Below, piece by piece: positions 57,173-64,000 of a stretch of DNA of 64,000 nt. How positions within the stretch are numbered: position 1 is the stretch's first letter; each line of letters starts with the position of its first letter. The notes beneath the pieces were generated by a model. That model was not told the origin of the DNA. It made no database searches and saw nothing but the letters and a program-made list of their open reading frames with translations. Where the stretch lies: NCBI GenBank assembly GCA_965204535.1, contig CBDBEV010000001.1, positions 1,920,001 to 1,984,000 of the forward strand. The letters run 5' to 3'. Source of the stretch: a bacterium. GTDB taxonomy: Bacteria; UBA8248. The position numbers and the translations under genes are program-made.

Positions 57173-58945
57173 TCAACCCCCTCCGCCGCCGGCCGCGCCC
57201 GGAACCTCCACGCGCAGGGTCACGATGTCCGTGTCGTGGTATTGCTGGTGGCGAACCGAGGAGGCGAGGTGGCGCAGCAGTCTGAGCGAGACTTCACGCT
57301 CAATCGGCGCACCGGCGGTCTGCTCGCCGAGCAGCGCGATTTTGTCCTGAAGGTTATCCTCTCCGCCCGCGGCGACGAACTCCAGCACCGCGCCGCCGTC
57401 TTCTTTATGCGCCACCATGAGCAGACGCCGCCGCTTGCGGCTCTCGTCGGCTTCGTCCGGGCGCAGGAGCGTCAGCAGCGTTTCCTCGCCCGCGGCGTCG
57501 AGGCGATGCGCCATCGCCTCATCCCAGCCGCTGGCCGAGGCGAACTCACCGAGAAACTCCCTGATCTTCGGCAAGGCGGAGATGTCGAACGCCACCTCGA
57601 GACGGCTGCGGCGCGGTTCGGTGATCTCCACGAACAAGGTCATGATCATGGCGACGAGGCCGCCGGCCGTCATTCCGTTGTTCAAAAGGCCGCCCGCGAA
57701 CGTGGAGAAATACTCGGGATATATGACGCCGTTCTGGAAGCCGACACCCGCCCAGAACGCGACGCCCGCGACCAGCCCCTTGCGGTAGTCGATCCCGTCC
57801 TGAACGACCATCCGCATGCCGACCACGAAGAGCATCGCCAGCAGCACGGTGATGTAGGCCGCGGCGACCGGCCCCGGTATCGCCAGCACCACGGCGACCA
57901 GCTTGGGAAGAAACGCCAGGGCGAGGAACACCAGCCCGGCGGCGACTCCGACGCTGCGCGCGCCGACGCCGGTGAGTTCGGTGACGGACACGCTCGTCGA
58001 ATAGGTCGTGTTCGGCACCGTCGCCAAAAGGCCGGAGAGCAGGTTGCCCACTCCGTCGGCGGCCACCGCGCCCTGCACCGCCTTGAAGTCTACCGCCCGG
58101 GGCCGCCGCCAGGACACGCGCTGGATGGCGGCGCCGTCGCCCACGGTCTCGATGGCGCCGATCAGGGTCACGAAAACGAATCCCGGCAGAAGCGTCCAGA
58201 ACACCGGCCCGAAGCTCAGATCCAGGCCCGGCCATGTGCCCCGGGGAAGACCGATCCATGAAGCTTCGGCGACGCGGGCCGTATCGTAGATGCCGAACCA
58301 GAGTCCGACGAGCGAGCCCGCGACCACGCCGATCACCGGCGCCCACAGGCGCAGCGCACCCGTCGCCTTGAGCGCAATGCCGACGATGACCACCGCCGAC
58401 ACGAACGCGCTCAGCGGAGCTGCGAGCGGGGGAGCGCCCTTGGGCGCGTCATCGAGCATACCGAAGACGATGGGCATCACCGTCACCGCTATCAGCATGA
58501 TGACGGTTCCCGCCACGGTCGGCGTCAGCACCCGCCGGAACAACGAGAGACGCTCGGAAAGTACGAACTGAAAAAGCGAGGAGGCGAGGACCAGCGTGGC
58601 CAGCATCCCCGGCCCGCCCTTGGCGAGCGCCGCGATGCAGACCGCGATGAAAGCGCCCGATGTGCCCATGATGAGCACGTAGCCCGCGCCGAAGCGGCCG
58701 AGCCGGATCGCCTGGAGCATCGTGGTTGCGCCGCAGATCGCCACCGCGGCGAACACCGCCCACGAGAGATAGTCCTCGGCACCGCCGGCGGCGCGCACCA
58801 CGATCGCCGGCGTGAAAACGATGCCGCCCACGCAGAGGACGGCGAGTTGCAAGCCCAGGCCGAACGCGAGCAGGGGCGGTGGTTTCTCGTCGGCCTCGTA
58901 GCGTACGTCGGTGTTCGCGTGCCGGTCGGCGTCTTCGGCGCTCAT
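57173..58945 (-). CDS. NCS2 (xanthine/uracil permease family) protein fused to a C-terminal degenerate RsbW-like HATPase domain
   Basis: YEADEKPP, MGTSGAF, TPTVAGTVIMLI, ETVGD, ADGVGN, PNTTYS...LTGV; the C-terminal ~145 aa align with the neighbouring RsbW. Confidence 0.85.
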   Translation of the reverse strand: MSAEDADRHANTDVRYEADEKPPPLLAFGLGLQLAVLCVGGIVFTPAIVVRAAGGAEDYLSWAVFAAVAICGATTMLQAIRLGRFGAGYVLIMGTSGAFIAVCIAALAKGGPGMLATLVLASSLFQFVLSERLSLFRRVLTPTVAGTVIMLIAVTVMPIVFGMLDDAPKGAPPLAAPLSAFVSAVVIVGIALKATGALRLWAPVIGVVAGSLVGLWFGIYDTARVAEASWIGLPRGTWPGLDLSFGPVFWTLLPGFVFVTLIGAIETVGDGAAIQRVSWRRPRAVDFKAVQGAVAADGVGNLLSGLLATVPNTTYSTSVSVTELTGVGARSVGVAAGLVFLALAFLPKLVAVVLAIPGPVAAAYITVLLAMLFVVGMRMVVQDGIDYRKGLVAGVAFWAGVGFQNGVIYPEYFSTFAGGLLNNGMTAGGLVAMIMTLFVEITEPRRSRLEVAFDISALPKIREFLGEFASASGWDEAMAHRLDAAGEETLLTLLRPDEADESRKRRRLLMVAHKEDGGAVLEFVAAGGEDNLQDKIALLGEQTAGAPIEREVSLRLLRHLASSVRHQQYHDTDIVTLRVEVPGAAGGGGG

Positions 58946-59360
58946 GTCGTATCCTTCGCGGCTGGAAAACGGGTCCGTGGCGGATCCGATACCTCGGTTC
59001 GACCCCCTCGCAACGGAGCGTAAGTTTCTCACACCCTTTTCGGCCCCTCAAGAAAAAAGGCCCGCGAAGGATATCGACGGGCGAAAACCGACAAGCCTGC
59101 GGCATTTTCAGGCGAATATCGTGGTTTCGGGGGTTTTGGGTGCGAAAATCGCACTTTTTTCGGTGCATGAATACATTTTTGTTGACGAAAGAAACGCAAC
59201 ATATATACTTTTCTGAAAGCGTCTTCGTCTTATTTCGAGCGGAGGGACTGCAAGGCAAACACTCTCTCCCGAGCAAAGCGGCCGTGGCACCCAGGCAGTG
59301 GAGAACGAGGGGACACCACCTCGTTATCGGCCAGGGCCATATTCTGGAGAACTCGAGGCA

Positions 59361-59648
59361 GTGAAAACCGTAGAGGAAGTACGCGAAGAGATTGTCAGAA
59401 AAGCGAGCGAGAATGAGGCATTCCGCGCCGAATTGGTGGCCGACCCCAAAATCGCCATTGAAAAGGAATTGGGAGTCACCATTCCCGAGGGGTTCAAGAT
59501 CGGCGTGCACGAAGATAACATCATGAGCATCAACCTGGTGCTGCCGCCGGCCGAGTTGAGCGAGGAGGATCTGAGCGCCGTCGTGGCCGGAGCACAGATG
59601 TGGCAAGAATTCGCCAACGCCTGGAACAGCTTGAACCAGAACTCCTGA
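59361..59648 (+). CDS. NHLP (nitrile hydratase-like leader peptide) RiPP precursor, proteusin type
   Basis: IVRKA..NEAFRAELVADPK.AIEKELG..IP....I.VHED....LVLPP leader; ELSEEDLSAVVAG double-glycine-type site; core AQMWQEFANAWNSLNQNS. Confidence 0.9.
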   Translation: MKTVEEVREEIVRKASENEAFRAELVADPKIAIEKELGVTIPEGFKIGVHEDNIMSINLVLPPAELSEEDLSAVVAGAQMWQEFANAWNSLNQNS

Positions 59649-59843
59649 TACGATATATCCAAATAGAGCAACAGTCCGTTCGGTCGGTTCGCCGAAAAAC
59701 CCCGGGAAGGGGATGGTTCGGGACGCCGCTTTGCGGGTTTGAACCGCGTTGCGGCCCGCTTCGCCGAAGGGAGGCCGGGGTGCCGCGCTTGCTCATCGCC
59801 GCCTTGCCCCCAATGTATGCGTCCCGCTCGGAAACAGGGTTCG

Positions 59844-60941
59844 ATGATGTCTGAGAATTTCGGGGACGTCTTTCCAAGGTTGCGCCGCTTTGTTCCATCG
59901 GCCTTACTCAACGGCCCATGGTGGGACCGCCTGGTGGAGCGCGTCGGTGAACTTCCGAGTTGGCTGACTCTGAATTACGCGGCCTTCGAGTTTCGGCTGG
60001 GAGACTCTGCGCCCGCCGCCGATTATTTCGTCTCGGTTGCGCCGGGGCGTCCGTCCATGGAGTATTACGTTCGTCTGGGCGAGGCCGCAAAACCCGACTC
60101 CGCGGAGGCGGCTCTCGGCCGCGTCTACGCTCTCATGAATGGAGCGGGTCCCCCTTCCGAATCATCAATCATCGGCTGGTTCAGGGCGTCGATGCTCGAA
60201 TACGACATCGCGGAGGTCCCCCCGGACCTGCGCCCGGCCCCGGGCGTGTTCCTGGCGCTCAAGCCTCAATCCGAACTGGATGAAGACGCCGCGGGCTCAA
60301 GGACACCCCACCGCCTGGCCGCCACCATAGCGAACGCGGTCGGGTGGGAGGAGGACGAGGCGGAGCGCCTCGCCGTGGAGCGGGCCTTCGCCGCCTTGCC
60401 CGGAAGTGGCGTGGTGGATCAGATTGGCGCCGCCCCCGAGCGCGGGCCGCGCCTGATTCGCCTGATCGTGGACGGGTTGAAACTGCGCAATGTGCCCGCA
60501 TTCCTGAAACGGCTGAAATGGGATGGCTCCACCCGGAAAGTGATGGACACGCTGGAGGAGATGCGCGATATGACGCCCGTCTTCCGAATGGCGCTGGACG
60601 TCTCCGCGCACGGCGTGGGGCCGCGCCTGGGTCTTGAGATGTACAGGCCGAGAAGCCCCTCGGACCTCGACTACTGGCTGACTTCGGGGCGCAACGCCTG
60701 GCGTCCCGTCATGAACTATCTAGAAGATATGAAATGGTGTCTGCCGGAGAAGGGGGACGGCCTGCGGGCGTTCCCGGGAATCGAGAGACTCTTCGAGGAA
60801 AAGGGCATGTCCATCCTGTACAAGGGAATCAACCACTTCAAGCTCTCGATCGAGGGCGACGCCGTAGAAGCCAAGGCCTACGCCGCCCTCGCCTACTTCC
60901 GGCTCTACGCCGACTCGGAGGGTGAATCGGAGCCGGGGTGA
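59844..60941 (+). CDS. Hypothetical protein, candidate RiPP maturase (possibly an ABBA-type prenyltransferase)
   Basis: 365-aa ORF immediately after the precursor; FEFRL, LEYD, PGVFL, LDV...PRLGLE, NHFKL...EAKAY motifs. The ORF is solid; the function is inferred. Confidence 0.6.
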   Translation: MMSENFGDVFPRLRRFVPSALLNGPWWDRLVERVGELPSWLTLNYAAFEFRLGDSAPAADYFVSVAPGRPSMEYYVRLGEAAKPDSAEAALGRVYALMNGAGPPSESSIIGWFRASMLEYDIAEVPPDLRPAPGVFLALKPQSELDEDAAGSRTPHRLAATIANAVGWEEDEAERLAVERAFAALPGSGVVDQIGAAPERGPRLIRLIVDGLKLRNVPAFLKRLKWDGSTRKVMDTLEEMRDMTPVFRMALDVSAHGVGPRLGLEMYRPRSPSDLDYWLTSGRNAWRPVMNYLEDMKWCLPEKGDGLRAFPGIERLFEEKGMSILYKGINHFKLSIEGDAVEAKAYAALAYFRLYADSEGESEPG

Positions 60942-60953
60942 TAAGGAGTGGAT

Positions 60954-61424
60954 ATGCGAATCGGGAAACGGGTGTGTGCGCCCGCTTGCGCGGTGCTGGC
61001 GGCGGTGATTCTTCTCCCCTCTTTTTCCGCGGGCCAGGACGAGCAGACGCTGCGCGGTGTTCAAAGGGTGCGCGTGCGCACGATGAAGAGCATCAGCCGC
61101 GCGATGCGCCGGGTCAAGGTCTATACGAAAAAGGCGAACTACAAGCGCGTCGCGGCGGCGGCCGAGGAAATCGCGCTGCTCTCGGCGGCGATTCCCTACT
61201 TGAGCCCCAAGGGCAGCGCTTTCGGCAAGACGCGGATCAAGGCGGAAGTCTGGAGCCGCTTCGACGATTATACGAAAATCGCCAGGGATTCGGCCCAAAT
61301 CGCGAGAGACGTCGCCAAAGCGGCCGTAGCGAAGGATAAAGCAGGCGTCTTGAAAGCGTTCAGCGCCCTGTCCGACAGCTGTACGCAGTGCCACAAGCCG
61401 TACCGGAAGAAGAAAAGAAAATAG
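60954..61424 (+). CDS. Cytochrome c' (class II c-type cytochrome)
   Basis: Signal peptide, R..TMK helix, AEVWSRFDDY, C-terminal CTQCH; ATG after AAGGAG. Confidence 0.88.
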   Translation: MRIGKRVCAPACAVLAAVILLPSFSAGQDEQTLRGVQRVRVRTMKSISRAMRRVKVYTKKANYKRVAAAAEEIALLSAAIPYLSPKGSAFGKTRIKAEVWSRFDDYTKIARDSAQIARDVAKAAVAKDKAGVLKAFSALSDSCTQCHKPYRKKKRK

Positions 61425-61461
61425 ACCCGACTCCGCTCCATCAACAGATTCGAGGCCGCGC

Positions 61462-62337
61462 TTGACGACCCGGCCCACCATCCCCGGGCCCGACCCGGAC
61501 ACGAAACCGCCGAAATTCGAAGTTCCCGAGGGAGCGGCGGATTGCCACTTTCATATCTTCGGGCCCGAGACGGAGTACCCCTACGCGGAGCCGAGGCGCT
61601 ACACGCCCGTTCAGGTGCTGGAGAGCGACTACCGGAAGATGGCCGACGCCCTGGGCCTCGCGCGGGGCGTCGTGGTGCAGGCGAGCCCCTACGGCGCGGA
61701 CAACACGAGAGTGATCGAGGCGATTCGCGTCCTGGGGCCGGGCTATGCGGGCGTGAGCGTGGTGGATGCGGACGCCTCCGAGGAGCGGCTCGATGAGCTG
61801 AACCGGCTCGGGGTCCGGGGCGCGCGCATCAACTCGGCTTCGGGGGGCAGAAGCGGAATCGAGCGGATGGAGGAGCTGGCCGCCAGAATCAAGGATTTCT
61901 GCTGGCACATGCAGTTTCACATACACGCTGAACAGTTGGCTGAACTGGAGCCGGAGATAAGAAAATTGCCGGTCGACGTCGTTTTCGACCATATGGGTCT
62001 TTTCCCCGCGGATATGCCTCTGGCGCACCCTGATTTCAGGCTGCTGCTGCGCTTGCTCGAAAGCGGAAACGCATGGGTGAAACTGAGCGGCGCCGAGCGG
62101 ATATCCAGGAGCGGCCCTCCTTACCGCGACGCCATCCCCGTGGCGCGCGCCTTGGTCGACGCCGCGCCCGAGCGGGTGGTGTGGGGCACGGATTGGCCGC
62201 ACACAAACGTGAAACCCGCGATTCCCAACGACGGCGACTTGATGGATCTTCTCCCAGAATTCGCGCCCGATGAGCAAATACGCCGGAAAATACTGGTGGA
62301 GAATCCTTGCGCGCTGTACGGGTTCGGTGAGCCGTAA
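61462..62337 (+). CDS. Amidohydrolase family protein (LigI / 2-pyrone-4,6-dicarboxylate lactonase-like)
   Basis: DCHFHIFGP, VVQASPYGADN, VFDHMG, WVKLSG, WGTDWPH, LVENP. Confidence 0.88.
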   Translation: MTTRPTIPGPDPDTKPPKFEVPEGAADCHFHIFGPETEYPYAEPRRYTPVQVLESDYRKMADALGLARGVVVQASPYGADNTRVIEAIRVLGPGYAGVSVVDADASEERLDELNRLGVRGARINSASGGRSGIERMEELAARIKDFCWHMQFHIHAEQLAELEPEIRKLPVDVVFDHMGLFPADMPLAHPDFRLLLRLLESGNAWVKLSGAERISRSGPPYRDAIPVARALVDAAPERVVWGTDWPHTNVKPAIPNDGDLMDLLPEFAPDEQIRRKILVENPCALYGFGEP

Positions 62338-62524
62338 TACTGAGGGTTATCGCCACTGCTAAAAATGGGAAGAACCACTCTCCCCTTGAGGGCCGCTGAA
62401 AAAGCCCCTCGTTGGGGGACATTGCCTTTAGCGAGAAGGCCGCTTTCGCGCGAACTCCCGACCTCCCTCTACGCCCTGAAATCAGGACTATTTCAATAGC
62501 CCCGTGGCGAAAGGCCCTCGCGGG

Positions 62525-63973
62525 TCAGCTCCCCAGCTTTTCCCGGAGTATCTCCTGCAAGGCTTTGGGGTTGGCCTTGCCTCCCGTCGCCTTCATCGCC
62601 TGGCCGACGAAGAAACCCATGAGCTTCGTTCTTCCGCCCCGGTAGGCTTCGACTTCTTCGGGGTTCGACGCGATCACATCTTCCACGACGCTCTCGATGG
62701 CGCTCGTGTCCGTGATCTGCCTGAGCCCCTTCTCTTCCACGATCGCTTCGGGGTCCTGTCCGCTCTCCGCCATCTGGTCGAACACCGTCTTCGCGATCTT
62801 CCCGCTGATGGTGTCGTCTGTGATGAGCGAGAGCATCCGGGCCAGCCGCTCAGGCGTTACGGGGCATTCCTCGATGGTGATCTTCCGTTCGTTCAACAGG
62901 CGCAACACGTCGCCCATCACCCAGTTGCTCGCCGCCTTGGCCTGTTCTTTTCCGGTTGCCGCAACGACCTGGTCGAAATAGGCGGCCAGTTCTTTCTCCG
63001 CCGTCAGCACTTCCGCGTCGTATCGGGGGAGGCCGAACTCCTCCTGAAAGCGTTTGCTTTTGGCGTCGGGCAACTCCGGCAGTTGCGCACGTACTTCATC
63101 GAGCCATTCCGCATCCACGGTGAGCGGCACCAGATCGGGGTCCGGGAAATAACGGTAATCATGCGCGTATTCCTTCGACCGCATCCCCCGCGTCACGCCG
63201 GCGGATTCATCCCAAAGCCTGGTCTCCTGATGGATGGCACCACCGGCATCCAGGACTTCGCGCTGGCGTTTTTCTTCGTATTCGAGCGCGCGCCGAAGGT
63301 TCCTGAAAGAGTTCATGTTCTTGATTTCCACTTTCCCGCCGAGTTCCTCCGAGCCTTGCGGCCTGAGGGAGATGTTGGCGTCGCAACGCAGACTGCCTTC
63401 CTGCATGTTACCGTCGGATATCCCCAGGTAGCGCACCAGGGTCCTGAGTTTCCGCATATAGGATTCAGCGTCCTCGGGGTTTCTCAGTTCGGGCTCTGAG
63501 ACGATTTCGAGCAGCGGCACGCCGGCGCGGTTGAGATCGGAATAAGAATGTTCCGGGTCTCCCAGCTCGTCTCCATGAATCAGCTTGCCGGCGTCTTCTT
63601 CCATGTGGATTCTCGTGAGGTTGACCTTCACGTCCCGCCCGTCCCTGGTGACGAAATGAACGTTCCCCCCCGTGCAGATGGGCTCTTCGTATTGAGAGAT
63701 TTGATATCCCTTGGGGAGGTCCGGATAGAAATAATGCTTTCGGGCGAACCGGCAGACCGGCGCAATCTCCGCCCCGACGGCCAGCCCGAGCCGCAGGGTG
63801 TATTCGATGACCTGCCGGTTCAGAACCGGCAGGACGCCGGGCAGCCCGAGGTCCACCGTGCAGGTGTGTTCATTCGGGCCTCCCCCGAACGCGGCGCTCG
63901 AGCCGCAGAATATTTTGCTTTCCGTATTCAGCTGGGCATGTACTTCAAGGCCGATAACCGTTTCGTACGCCAT
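62525..63973 (-). CDS. gatB: Asp-tRNA(Asn)/Glu-tRNA(Gln) amidotransferase subunit B
   Basis: IGLEVHAQL, YFYPDLPKGYQISQ, HMEEDAGK, DLNRAGVPLLEIV, VEIKNMNSF, YRYFPDPDL. Confidence 0.98.
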   Translation of the reverse strand: MAYETVIGLEVHAQLNTESKIFCGSSAAFGGGPNEHTCTVDLGLPGVLPVLNRQVIEYTLRLGLAVGAEIAPVCRFARKHYFYPDLPKGYQISQYEEPICTGGNVHFVTRDGRDVKVNLTRIHMEEDAGKLIHGDELGDPEHSYSDLNRAGVPLLEIVSEPELRNPEDAESYMRKLRTLVRYLGISDGNMQEGSLRCDANISLRPQGSEELGGKVEIKNMNSFRNLRRALEYEEKRQREVLDAGGAIHQETRLWDESAGVTRGMRSKEYAHDYRYFPDPDLVPLTVDAEWLDEVRAQLPELPDAKSKRFQEEFGLPRYDAEVLTAEKELAAYFDQVVAATGKEQAKAASNWVMGDVLRLLNERKITIEECPVTPERLARMLSLITDDTISGKIAKTVFDQMAESGQDPEAIVEEKGLRQITDTSAIESVVEDVIASNPEEVEAYRGGRTKLMGFFVGQAMKATGGKANPKALQEILREKLGS

Positions 63974-64000
63974 CGTCTCCCTCAATCAAAATCCGGTTCA

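Noticed and set aside
59739-59843. Cys-rich N-terminal extension (CRACSSPPCPQC) on the candidate RiPP maturase
   Set aside because: It depends on an upstream TTG with no evident RBS; more likely GC-rich intergenic sequence, with the start at ATG 59844 or 59847
60954-62337. Cytochrome c' and LigI-like genes as part of the RiPP cluster
   Set aside because: Co-oriented and close, but these are common stand-alone families with no known RiPP role; synteny evidence would be needed

Overview
A GC-rich bacterial chromosomal window with about 55 credible CDSs. Housekeeping content: kbl, the ffs-dnaX-ybaB-recR block, a cyclophilin, malQ, gatB, two tRNA-Ser and tRNA-Sec (selC). Accessory content: a Fic protein, an orphan HigA, a subtilase lipoprotein, a low-GC block (membrane protein, Cdc6-like AAA+ ATPase, type III R-M), a GntR-controlled catabolic/ABC cluster, a low-GC HD-dNTPase + YwgA-like pair, and many nested palindromic/MITE-like intergenic repeats. 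Three loci stand out. (1) A two-gene selenoprotein operon that the ORF track misses (3729-4764): an OsmC-like protein and a CX4R rhodanese/phosphatase-like protein, each with an in-frame TGA at the catalytic Cys position and a SECIS-like hairpin behind it. (2) A partner-switching module (STAS, histidine kinase, binding protein, RsbW, REC-RsbU, REC) beside an NCS2 nucleobase permease that has a degenerate substrate motif and is fused to a catalytically dead RsbW-like domain, i.e. a candidate transceptor. (3) A minimal NHLP/proteusin RiPP locus whose Trp-containing precursor sits next to an unannotated 365-aa protein that may be a prenyltransferase. All calls come from reading motifs by eye; no database searches or folding programs were run.
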